64,000 nt of DNA from Planctomycetota bacterium (GTDB lineage: Bacteria; Planctomycetota; UBA1135; UBA2386). The notes beneath the pieces were generated by a model. That model was not told the DNA's origin. It was given only the letters and a program-made list of their open reading frames with translations, and did no database searches. The stretch covers positions 1,152,001-1,216,000 of the forward strand of contig OZ245838.1 of assembly GCA_965228735.1 (NCBI GenBank), read 5' to 3'. A program made the position numbers and the translations under genes. This document shows positions 19,856-28,355 of the stretch, one piece after another (the stretch's first letter is position 1; each line of letters begins with the position of its first letter).

Positions 19856-20656
19856 GTGATCCGATCGCGCCATCTTGTCTCTGCCGCGTTGGCGATGTTC
19901 GTCATTTCTTCATGTCGCGATGACCCGTCGGCTGCGGCAGGTCGGACCGGCGAAACGGCGCCGTGGGCCGTTGAACTCGCGGCTTTGGACCCCGCCTTCG
20001 GAGGACGCGCTGCCGTCGTCGCGTGGGTCGACCGCGGTCCGCTGTGGACGTGGCGCGGGGAGCCGCGCGCCCGCGAAGCGGCGATGACGAGGTTCTTCGG
20101 CGAGCTCGACGAAGCCGCGTTGGCGCGATGCCGGGCGCAACTCGACCCGGTCGTCGCCGAGGCAGCTCTCGCGTTCCTGCGCACGGATGCCGGCCAGGCG
20201 ATGATCGAGGCGGAACTGCTGGCGATGTCGACCTTCGGTTGGCACTACGATGACCTGCCGACGCGACTTGCCGCGTGGCTCGGCGACCCTGGTCGGGTCG
20301 GACCGCACGCGCAGGAGGTCTTCCGCGAGGCCACAGAGAGCGTGATGGACGGCGGGTCCGGGTCACCGATGCAGCTCGCCCTGGTCCTGGCCGCGCGAGT
20401 CGTCGGGGAGGCCGAGGCCGGGGCCATCGGCGCGTTCCTGGCGACCGACCGAGGAGCGGCCTGGCTCGCCGGCCGCACGAACGCGTGGCCCGAAGCTCGC
20501 GACGAAGGTCGACGAGCGCTGCGGAAGCTTGCCGATGCCGGGTTCGCCCGCAACGCGACGGCGGACGCGATGGACGATCTCATCCTACCGAGGGCCGAGT
20601 TCTCGGCCCCGGCAACGGCGGAAGGGACGATCGAAGGAACGGACAGGGGGCGTTGA
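19856..20656 (+). CDS. Hypothetical lipoprotein, paralog 1
   Basis: Lipobox-like VISSC; clear similarity to the next ORF; two F-L-x-T/S-x-x-G helical motifs. Confidence 0.75.
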   Translation: MIRSRHLVSAALAMFVISSCRDDPSAAAGRTGETAPWAVELAALDPAFGGRAAVVAWVDRGPLWTWRGEPRAREAAMTRFFGELDEAALARCRAQLDPVVAEAALAFLRTDAGQAMIEAELLAMSTFGWHYDDLPTRLAAWLGDPGRVGPHAQEVFREATESVMDGGSGSPMQLALVLAARVVGEAEAGAIGAFLATDRGAAWLAGRTNAWPEARDEGRRALRKLADAGFARNATADAMDDLILPRAEFSAPATAEGTIEGTDRGR

Positions 20657-20684
20657 TCCAGCGGCAGCTCGTTACCATCGCGGC

Positions 20685-21449
20685 ATGTCGTTCGTTCGCT
20701 GCTGCGTCGTCCTTGCGGTCTCATTGCTGTGCTTCGCGTGCTCCGAAGAGCCCGCCGCGACGGCGCCGCCGGTCGAGGCCGACTGGGCCGGCACGGTCCT
20801 CCGCACGGATCCGATGTTCGGCGGCGGGATGGCGGTCGTCGAGCGCGTCGAGGCGGCGCCGCAGCTGCGGTGGGCCGGTGCGGCCGAAGAACGGGCGGCG
20901 CTCGTCGAGCAGTTGATGAAGGAGCTCGACGCAACGGCGCGCGCCGACGTCGAGGAGCGCCTGCGACCCGAGGTCGCCGCGGCCGGGAGCGAGTTCCTGC
21001 GGTCCAAGGCGGGCATCGCGTTGCTCGCCGCCGAGGCGACGGCCGTCGCGGGTGGAGCCGGAATGTTCGACGACCTGCCGCAGCGGCTCGGGCACCGGGC
21101 CGGGGATCCGGCGAAGGTGAAGGACGCCGCCGAGCGCTTCCAGGCGGTCTCGGAGAAGCACGTCGACCGGGGCGCGGTCTCGCCGTTCGTCCTCGCGGAG
21201 CTGCTCGCGCTCTCCCGCATCGAGGCCGCTGAATCGACCGCGATCGGCACGTTCCTCGCGACGGACCTCGGCGCGGCCTGGCTGCAGGCCCGCACCGGTG
21301 CCTGGCCCGAGGCGCGCCGGCGCGTCGACAGCGTGCTGGCGATCCTGCAGAAGGACGGCTTCGTCGAGAACACCCTCGAGGGCCGGCTGCCGGACCTGCT
21401 GCTCCCGGGCCCGGAATCGGTTGAGGCGGAGGGCGGGACCGGCCGATGA
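20685..21449 (+). CDS. Hypothetical lipoprotein, paralog 2
   Basis: ATG 20685, lipobox-like CFAC; shares DP.FGG, DDLP.RL...GDP, IG.FLATD.GAAWL..RT.AWPEAR with paralog 1. Confidence 0.78.
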   Translation: MSFVRCCVVLAVSLLCFACSEEPAATAPPVEADWAGTVLRTDPMFGGGMAVVERVEAAPQLRWAGAAEERAALVEQLMKELDATARADVEERLRPEVAAAGSEFLRSKAGIALLAAEATAVAGGAGMFDDLPQRLGHRAGDPAKVKDAAERFQAVSEKHVDRGAVSPFVLAELLALSRIEAAESTAIGTFLATDLGAAWLQARTGAWPEARRRVDSVLAILQKDGFVENTLEGRLPDLLLPGPESVEAEGGTGR

Positions 21450-21458
21450 CATCGGCGT

Positions 21459-21977
21459 ATGAAGTTCGAAAGGACCGAACTCGAGGGCGTGCTGCGCCTC
21501 GTCCCCGAGGTCTTCGAGGACCAGCGCGGTCGCTACGTCGAGATCTTCGACTCGGAGAAGTATCGCGCGGCGACGGGCGGCGTCGAGTTCGTGCAGGACG
21601 ACGTGTCCGTGTCCTGGGCGAACGTGCTGCGCGGGCTGCACGGTGACTGGGAGACGACCAAGCTCGTCAGCGTGCTGAGCGGCCGCGGCTACGCGATCAT
21701 CGCGGACAACCGGCCCGAGTCACCGACCTACCGCCACTGGCAGTCGTTCGAACTGTCCGGCGAGAACCGCGTGCAGCTGCTGCTGCCGCCGGGCATCGGC
21801 AACTCGATCCTCGCGCTCGAGGGGCCGCTGGTCTACTGGTACAAGCAGGACACGCACTTCGAACCCGGGCGGCAGTTCACGATCCGCTGGGACGACCCGG
21901 AGTGGGGGTTCCGTTGGCCGATCGAGGATCCGATCCTCAGCGAACGCGACCAGGCGGGCGGCTATGTCCACGCGTGA
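21459..21977 (+). CDS. RmlC-family NDP-4-keto-sugar 3-(or 3,5-)epimerase, heptose-modifying type
   Basis: F.DQRG, NVLRGLHGD, SPTY, PPGIGNS, WP...PILSERD; HGD and GN variants resemble Campylobacter DdahB/MlghB more than RmlC (recalled, not searched). Confidence 0.85.
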   Translation: MKFERTELEGVLRLVPEVFEDQRGRYVEIFDSEKYRAATGGVEFVQDDVSVSWANVLRGLHGDWETTKLVSVLSGRGYAIIADNRPESPTYRHWQSFELSGENRVQLLLPPGIGNSILALEGPLVYWYKQDTHFEPGRQFTIRWDDPEWGFRWPIEDPILSERDQAGGYVHA

Positions 21978-23028
21978 CGGCGACGGGAACGACCCGGTGA
22001 TCCCGCGTGCGCCCAAGCAGGCGCCGCGCTGCCTCATCACCGGCTTCACCGGCATGGTCGGCAGCCACCTCGCCGACCACCTGCTCGCGACGACGGACTG
22101 GGAGGTGCACGGCTTCCTGCGCTGGAACGACGACCTCAGCAACGTCGAGCACCTGCTCCCGCGCGCCAACGCCGGCGACCGCGTGCAGCTCACCTACGGC
22201 GACCTCAACGACCTGCCGTCGCTGCAGCACGCGGTCCGCACCATCCGGCCCGACTACGTCTTTCACCTCGCGGCGCAGAGCTATCCGAAGACCAGCTTCG
22301 ACGCGCCGCTCGAGACGCTGCAGACGAACATCCTCGGCACCGCCAACCTGCTCGAGGCGATCCGCCACGGCCCGGTCGAGCCGGTCGTGCACGTGTGCGC
22401 GAGCTCCGAGGTCTTCGGTCGCGTGCCGCAGGAGCTGCTGCCGATCCACGAGGATCGACCGTTCCACCCGGCGTCGCCGTATGCGATCAGCAAGGTCGGC
22501 ACCGACCTCGTCGGCCGCTTCTACGCCGAGGCCTACGGCATGTGCGTGATGACGACGCGCATGTTCACGCACACGGGTCCGCGGCGCGGCGACGTGTTCG
22601 CGGAGTCGACGTTCTGTAAGCAGATCGCGCTGATCGAAGAAGGGCGGATCCCGCCCGTTCTCAAGACCGGCAACCTCGATTCGCTGCGCACGTGGAGCGA
22701 CGTGCGCGACGCCGTGCGCGCGTATCACCTGCTCGTCACGAAGAACCCGACGCCCGGCGCCTACTACAACATCGGCGGCACGTTCAGCTGCACGGTGGGC
22801 GACATGCTGAACCACCTGCTGTCGCTGTCGACGCGGGACGACATCGAGGTCGTCACCGACCCGGAGCGGCTGCGCCCCGTCGACGCGGACCTGCAGGTGC
22901 CGGACACGACGAAGTTCACGAAGCACACGGGCTGGCAACCCGAGATCACGTTCGAGCAGACGATGCAGGACCTGCTGGACTACTGGCGCGAACGCGTCTC
23001 CACGGGGCGCGAGTTCCTCGTTCGCTGA
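21964..23028 (+). CDS. wcbK: GDP-sugar 4,6-dehydratase, most like GDP-manno-heptose 4,6-dehydratase (WcbK/DmhA type)
   Basis: LITGFTGMVGS, HLAAQSYPKTSF...ETLQTNILGT, SSEVFG, SPYAISK, THTGPRRGDVF, RLRPVDAD; heptose kinase and transferase genes in the same region. Confidence 0.82.
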   Translation: MSTRDGDGNDPVIPRAPKQAPRCLITGFTGMVGSHLADHLLATTDWEVHGFLRWNDDLSNVEHLLPRANAGDRVQLTYGDLNDLPSLQHAVRTIRPDYVFHLAAQSYPKTSFDAPLETLQTNILGTANLLEAIRHGPVEPVVHVCASSEVFGRVPQELLPIHEDRPFHPASPYAISKVGTDLVGRFYAEAYGMCVMTTRMFTHTGPRRGDVFAESTFCKQIALIEEGRIPPVLKTGNLDSLRTWSDVRDAVRAYHLLVTKNPTPGAYYNIGGTFSCTVGDMLNHLLSLSTRDDIEVVTDPERLRPVDADLQVPDTTKFTKHTGWQPEITFEQTMQDLLDYWRERVSTGREFLVR

Positions 23029-23046
23029 GCGCGAACGAGCAGGGCT

Positions 23047-24594
23047 TCACACCTCGACCATGCGCCGCGTCAGGTCGACGCGACTGCGACCGCCGCGATA
23101 CCAGTAGTTCGCCGGCCGGTGGATCGCGAGCGGATCCGGCCGGTCGGTGCCGTTCGGCAGCACGTCGTCGCGGACGAAGTAGGCGTTCACGCCGGCCTGG
23201 TTGCAGTAGACGAGCGTGTAGCCCTTCTCGCGACCGAGCTTCTCGAGCGCGAGCAGGCTCGCGCCGTAGTAGTCGCTGCCGTCCCAGCGGTGATCGGGGT
23301 CGTAGGGCATCGTCAGCGCGCGGTCCTTCGCGAGGTTGCCGTTGTACTCGGCGACGACGACCCGCGGTCGCCGCTCGATCGCGCGCCACACCCAGTAGTC
23401 GTTGCCGTCGAGGTCGATCGACATCAGGTCCGGCTCCGCCGGCACGCCGTGCTGATCGAGCAACGCGTTGATGTTCTCCGCCGTGATCCACGCCTGGTGG
23501 ATCGTGACATCGGCAGCGCCCGGTTCGACCGCGCCGTCCATGAGCACGCCGGACCAGCCCGCGAGCTGCAGCTGCCGCGTGTTGCACTCGACGCCGTCGC
23601 CGCAGCCGAACTCGACGTAGGACCGGTCCGTCGTGCCGAGAAGCTCGAACAACGCAGCGAGCACGCCGTCGTCTCCGCACTGGCTCGTGACCTTGCGCTC
23701 GAAGCGCTCGAGGTCGAACGGCGAGGCCAGCGGCGCATGGATCGGCAGGTCCGCGGTCGAGAGCGGCGGGTCGAACACATCGTCAGCGTCGCTCTCCGGC
23801 GCCGGAGCATCCTGCGCGAACAGCTCGAGGACCTCGTCGTTCGCGGTGCGCGGCAGCGGCGCGAGCTCGGCGCGCTGCCAACCGCGGGCGTTCGCCGCGC
23901 CCTGCATCGCGCCGTGCAGCCAGCGCCGGCTGGCGCGAATCAGCAAGCGACCGCCGGGCCGCAGAGCACCGCGCAACGAGTCGAGCAAGACCGGGAAGAA
24001 GTGGGCCGGGACGTCCTCGACGACCTCACTGATACAGACCACGTCGAAGCCGTCACCGGCCGCCGCGAGCAGCTCACCGATCCCGCCTGCCGTCACCTCG
24101 TGGCCGCGCGCGCGGGCCGCCGCGACCTGCTCCGGGTCCTGCTCGAACCCGTGAACCGCGACGCCGCGCAGCGCCAACGCGTCGAGCAGACGACCCTGCC
24201 CGCACGCGAGCTCCGCGACCAGCGAGTGGCCGACGAGCCGATCGGCGAACGCGCCGACGACGTAGCCCGGAGCGTCGGGCAGATCCTCCGCCGGCAGCCG
24301 TTCGCCCTGGATGCGGCCAGCGCGCCGCACCGCGAGCATGCTGCCGGGCAACAGCGCCTCCCGGACCGCGGCCAGGACCGCCTCGTGCGCGGCCGCGGGC
24401 AGCGCCTCGAGGTCGACCACCGCGCCATCGAACCGCTGGCGGAACGGCCGCAGGGTCGCGGCGCTCGCCGCGTCCGGCGACAGCGGCACCGTCGGGATCC
24501 CGGCCCCGGACAGGGCCGCGGCGAGCCGGTCGGACTCGCCCATGAGCGCGAGAACCATGCGGCAGCCAGCGAGCGCTTCGGCGAGTTCACGCAT
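23047..24594 (-). CDS. Multi-domain SAM-dependent methyltransferase (class I domain plus FkbM-like C-terminal domain)
   Basis: Middle ELACGQG...FDVVCISEVVED...LRPGGRL; C-terminal SQCGDDGVL, EFGCGDG, SIDLDGNDYWVW, GASLLAL, GVNAYFV. Confidence 0.8.
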   Translation of the reverse strand: MRELAEALAGCRMVLALMGESDRLAAALSGAGIPTVPLSPDAASAATLRPFRQRFDGAVVDLEALPAAAHEAVLAAVREALLPGSMLAVRRAGRIQGERLPAEDLPDAPGYVVGAFADRLVGHSLVAELACGQGRLLDALALRGVAVHGFEQDPEQVAAARARGHEVTAGGIGELLAAAGDGFDVVCISEVVEDVPAHFFPVLLDSLRGALRPGGRLLIRASRRWLHGAMQGAANARGWQRAELAPLPRTANDEVLELFAQDAPAPESDADDVFDPPLSTADLPIHAPLASPFDLERFERKVTSQCGDDGVLAALFELLGTTDRSYVEFGCGDGVECNTRQLQLAGWSGVLMDGAVEPGAADVTIHQAWITAENINALLDQHGVPAEPDLMSIDLDGNDYWVWRAIERRPRVVVAEYNGNLAKDRALTMPYDPDHRWDGSDYYGASLLALEKLGREKGYTLVYCNQAGVNAYFVRDDVLPNGTDRPDPLAIHRPANYWYRGGRSRVDLTRRMVEV

Positions 24595-24652
24595 GCGGGG
24601 ATCATCGCCGAGCCGCTGGTATCACAGAACCGGCGACTCCATGCTTTCCGCG

Positions 24653-25324
24653 ATGTCGCGCCGCTTCGCCCTCGCTCTGCTTCTCGCCGCCGCCCTCGCC
24701 GGCTGCGCCCTCGGCCCGATGCCCGAGGGCACCGCGCGCGGGCTCATCGCGTTCGATCCCACGCCACCGAGCGGCGCCGAAGTCTGGGACCGGCCGAGCT
24801 TCCGGGTCGGCGACCGCTACACGCTGCTGCAGGGCGGCGTGCGGGAGCTGCCGTTCGCGGTCGTTCAGGCGGACGACACCGGCGTGGTGGTGCAGGACGC
24901 CCGCGGGTTCTTGCTCCGGCGCGACCCGGACCTCGGCTATCTCGGCCAGTGGAACCCGAAGGGCGAGCCGCTGCGCCTGCTGACACCGGTCGACGCGCGG
25001 TTTCATTGGCCGCTCTGGGTCGGCAAGTCGTGGCGCTGCGAGATCCTCGACCGCCGGCGTGAGCGGCCGTCGCGCCGCATCGAGGTCGAGTATCGGGTCG
25101 AGGACCAGGACCGGATCACGGTGCCGGGCGGCACCTTCGACACCCTGCGGATCGCGCGCGTCGAGCGGCTGCTGATCGAGGGCGAGACGTTCCTCGAACG
25201 GACCTCCCTGACCTGGTATGCGCCGGCGATCGGTCTCGAGGTGCGCCAGCTGAACGCGACGGCCGCGGGCACGATGTTCGAGCTCGCGAGCTGGACGCGG
25301 GCGGCGGATCCGGCAGGTTCGTAG
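24653..25324 (+). CDS. Hypothetical lipoprotein (beta-rich)
   Basis: Lipobox LAGC; RPSFRVGDRYT, WPLWVGKSW, ITVPGGTFDT, WYAPAIG pattern; alternative start at 24641. Confidence 0.8.
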   Translation: MSRRFALALLLAAALAGCALGPMPEGTARGLIAFDPTPPSGAEVWDRPSFRVGDRYTLLQGGVRELPFAVVQADDTGVVVQDARGFLLRRDPDLGYLGQWNPKGEPLRLLTPVDARFHWPLWVGKSWRCEILDRRRERPSRRIEVEYRVEDQDRITVPGGTFDTLRIARVERLLIEGETFLERTSLTWYAPAIGLEVRQLNATAAGTMFELASWTRAADPAGS

Positions 25325-25390
25325 ACTGGTTCGCAGGCTGGGCATAGCCACCGGCCGCGAACGGCCAGCCCGAACGGCCCGTACAAGGCG

Positions 25391-25478
25391 CCGCCCCGGT
25401 TAGCGAAGCCGCTCAGCGAAGCCGAGCGGCCGCGTCGAACCGGGGCGGTGCGGTCGAGCAGAGACCTGACTGCTCGAC
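25391..25478. terminator. Nested inverted repeats between convergent genes (terminator or REP-like)
   Basis: CCGCCCCGGTT 25391-25401 pairs with 25438-25448; inner GCCGCTC/GAGCGGC; second hairpin GTCGAGCAG 25453-25461 / CTGCTCGAC 25470-25478. No U-tract. Confidence 0.5.
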
Positions 25479-25828
25479 TACATGCCGCCTTCGGCCGTGA
25501 GGAACTTGCCGTCGCCGATCAGGCTGCCGACGGCGCCGTCGGTGGCCTCGATGTTGGCGTGCTTGAAGCCCGTGCCCTTGCCGTCCCAGGCGTCCTTGAA
25601 CCAGAAGAAGTAGGCGTCGCCGACGAAGAAGTCGCCGATGCCGGCGCCGAAGTTCATCAACGGGATGACCGGGATGACCCAGAGCGCCGCGCTGATCCAC
25701 GGCTGGTTCACGTACATCTTCTGATCCCAGTCGTCGACCGTGCGCTTGAGCTGGTGCGGACCAGCGAGGCACGAGGTCAGCGATAGAGCGGCCGTGCAGG
25801 CCAGTGCAGTTGCGAAGTGCTTGCGCAT
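25478..25828 (-). CDS. Small membrane lipoprotein, DUF3332-like
   Basis: Lipobox LTSC; hydrophobic W...IPV...GD.F..D...FW pattern. Confidence 0.75.
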   Translation of the reverse strand: MRKHFATALACTAALSLTSCLAGPHQLKRTVDDWDQKMYVNQPWISAALWVIPVIPLMNFGAGIGDFFVGDAYFFWFKDAWDGKGTGFKHANIEATDGAVGSLIGDGKFLTAEGGM

Positions 25829-26140
25829 GTTTCTCTGAAACCTTGGTTGAGGTAGCGGAGCGCCGGGCCCCCTGGGGCGGCGCCACCGGTGACAGGCGAG
25901 ACGCTAGACGCGGCTGGAACGGCCCGCAAGCCTGAACTCGCATTGCCATCGCGGTTTGGGGTGTTCCCGCACCCTGGCCCCCCGGAAGTGGAGGCAGAAG
26001 GGCGGACCGCCCGGCAAAGAAATCGCTGAGCTTCCGCCCGGGCACCCCGTTGCCCGTTCGGCACGCTAGGATACGTCCCGGCGAACCACGTCGGCCGTTC
26101 CCAAGGACCCCGAGGCCGACGCCAGCGGAGGCAGGCAAGG

Positions 26141-27208
26141 ATGCAGACCCGATCGAGCTTCTTGGCACGCACGGCAATCGTCGTCGCAGCCGTTCTCGTG
26201 GCGAGCGCGGCCGCACCGACCCCGCACGGCAGTCCGCGCGACCCGGTGACCCCGCTCGCGCGTTCGACCGCGGAGGAGGGCCTGCAGTGGCTCCTCCGCG
26301 TGCAGAACCACGACGGCTCGTGGGGGCGCGACCGCGGCATGCGGGGCGAGATCGGCAACACGGCCGTCGTCGCGCTGGCGCTCATGAGCAACGGCAGCAC
26401 GCCGTCACGCGGACGGCACTGGCGGCCGTTGCGACGCGCGCTCGACTGGCTGCGACCGCGGACCCGGCACTACGGCGAGCACCGCCAGCTCGACAGCGGC
26501 ACGTTGCTGCAACGCAAGCTCGGCCCGCACGCACCGCTGTATCTGTGCGCGCTGCTCTACGCCCAGGTGCTCGGCTTCAACGCCGACCGCCGCGAGGACG
26601 AAATGATGCGCGAGGACCTCACGGCGATGATCGCGCACATCTCGTCGCTGCAGCGCGAGGACGGCCAGTGGGAGACGAGCTACGAGCCGATGCTCACGAC
26701 GATCAGCGCGTGGCTCGCGCTCAAGCAGGCGAGCTCGACCGGCATCGCGATCGACCAGGCGTCGCCGAAGAAGGTCATCCAGTACCTGCTGCGTTGCCTC
26801 GAGAAGCCGACCGGCATCTTCCGCGAGGCCAAGTGGAACAACCAGGAACGGTTCGTGACCCAGAGCGGCGGCGTGCGCGTGCTGCACGGCGAGAACCTCG
26901 GCCACACCGAGGACGCCAAGAAGGCCGCGCGCGTCATCGCGAAGATGCGGTTCGACCAGGACGTCGGCGGCCGGCAGGGTGGTGAGGAGTTCCTCGGCGC
27001 GCTGTTCGCGGTGCAGGCGCTGCTCATCGAACGCGGGCCCAACTACGACAACTGGTACCCGCGCATCGTGAAGGCGCTCGATCGTTGTCAGGATGCGGAC
27101 GGCAGCTGGATCGGGCATCACTGCATCACGGACCGGGTGTTCTGCACCGCGTGTGCGGTGATGACGCTGCTCACGCCCGACAAGTTGCTGCCGATGAGTG
27201 AGCGTTGA
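26141..27208 (+). CDS. Secreted prenyltransferase/squalene-oxidase repeat (QW motif) alpha/alpha-barrel protein
   Basis: Signal peptide; WLLRVQNHDGSWG, QREDGQW, QDADGSW repeats; no DxDD. Confidence 0.85.
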   Translation: MQTRSSFLARTAIVVAAVLVASAAAPTPHGSPRDPVTPLARSTAEEGLQWLLRVQNHDGSWGRDRGMRGEIGNTAVVALALMSNGSTPSRGRHWRPLRRALDWLRPRTRHYGEHRQLDSGTLLQRKLGPHAPLYLCALLYAQVLGFNADRREDEMMREDLTAMIAHISSLQREDGQWETSYEPMLTTISAWLALKQASSTGIAIDQASPKKVIQYLLRCLEKPTGIFREAKWNNQERFVTQSGGVRVLHGENLGHTEDAKKAARVIAKMRFDQDVGGRQGGEEFLGALFAVQALLIERGPNYDNWYPRIVKALDRCQDADGSWIGHHCITDRVFCTACAVMTLLTPDKLLPMSER

Positions 27209-28350
27209 GCTTGCGTTTTCGGATCGTTCTCGGCGCGTTCGGAGTGGTGTTCGCCGGCCTATTGATCGGTCTGCTCGGGGGAGTTTTCGGCGCGTCTTAT
27301 CTGGCGGAGCATCGGGCCGGTTTCGAACCAACACCCGCAACTCGCGCGCTGCACTGGTTGTGGGCTCAGCAGGCACCCGATGGCCTTCTCGAAGCCGATC
27401 AGTACGCGGTGCTCCGGCGCGGCGAGTCGGTTACTGCCGCCGCGCTGCTCGCAACGGCACACTGCCAGCCGAAGGAACGGTCGCGTCACAATCGCGCCAT
27501 CCGACGAGCGTTCCGAGCGCTGTCCAAGTGCGCGGAACGCGGCAACGCGCGCGACGCGTCGACCGACTACCCGTGCTACACCATCGCGTGTCAGCTGCAC
27601 GCGCTGACGATACTGCAACCGAAGGACTGGCAGCCGACCGCGCGGCGTCTGCTCGCGCGCCTGCGGCTGCTGCAGTTCAACCCGCAGAACGGTTGGTCCG
27701 AGACCGAACCCGCGTTCGGCGGCTTCGGGCTCGGCGATCGCCCGCCGACCGCGAAGGACGCGGCCGAGCTCGTGACTTTGTCGACGACGGTCGCGGCGCT
27801 CGCCGCGGCGCGCGCCGACGGTGTGCAGGTCGACGATCCGCTCGTCGTGCAGGCCAGGACCTACATCGAACGCTGTCAGCACTTCGATCCGAGCAACGGC
27901 GATCTCGATCGCCACGGCGGCTTCTTCGCGGCACCGACCGACGAGTGGCGCGGCGGCAAGGGCGGCAGCTACGACGACGGCGGCGAACGCGCCTACGGCA
28001 CGGCGACCGCCGACGGCCTGCGCGGGCTGTTGCTGTGCGGTCACGCCAAGGGCGCGCCGCGTGTGCAGGCAGCGGCCGCGTGGCTCGCTCGCCAGGCGGA
28101 CCTGCCGGTCCCCGGACTCCTCAGCGAGTTCGAGCCCGCGTTGCGGTGCTACTGGGCCGCCGCGCGCGCCCAGGCCGCGGTTGCCCTTGGCCATGAAGCG
28201 CCGCCGGCGCCGGCATGGCTGCTCGTGCGCCAGCAAACCGACGGCGAGTCCGCCGGCGCGTTCGTCGGTTTCGGCGCCGCGATGAAAGAGGACGAGCCGG
28301 TCGTGGCGACGATCCTCGCGCTTCGGGCTTTGCGGCCCGGAACGCGCTGA
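27205..28350 (+). CDS. Membrane-anchored prenyltransferase/squalene-oxidase repeat protein
   Basis: TTG start overlapping the previous stop; N-terminal TM; WLWAQQAPDG, RCQHF...GGFF, YGTATADGLRGL, RQQTDG, KEDEPVVAT. Confidence 0.78.
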   Translation: MSLRFRIVLGAFGVVFAGLLIGLLGGVFGASYLAEHRAGFEPTPATRALHWLWAQQAPDGLLEADQYAVLRRGESVTAAALLATAHCQPKERSRHNRAIRRAFRALSKCAERGNARDASTDYPCYTIACQLHALTILQPKDWQPTARRLLARLRLLQFNPQNGWSETEPAFGGFGLGDRPPTAKDAAELVTLSTTVAALAAARADGVQVDDPLVVQARTYIERCQHFDPSNGDLDRHGGFFAAPTDEWRGGKGGSYDDGGERAYGTATADGLRGLLLCGHAKGAPRVQAAAAWLARQADLPVPGLLSEFEPALRCYWAAARAQAAVALGHEAPPAPAWLLVRQQTDGESAGAFVGFGAAMKEDEPVVATILALRALRPGTR

Positions 28351-28355
28351 AGCGG

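Noticed and set aside
17604..21449. Mobile element carrying arsJ
   Set aside because: No integrase or transposase, and no terminal or target-site repeats noticed; insertion remains an inference only.
25829..26140. Possible riboswitch or ncRNA in the 312-nt divergent intergenic region
   Set aside because: Only generic GC hairpins; no recognisable family motif. An Rfam/Infernal scan would be needed.
26141..28350. Squalene-hopene cyclase
   Set aside because: Each protein is about half the length, exported, and lacks DxDD.
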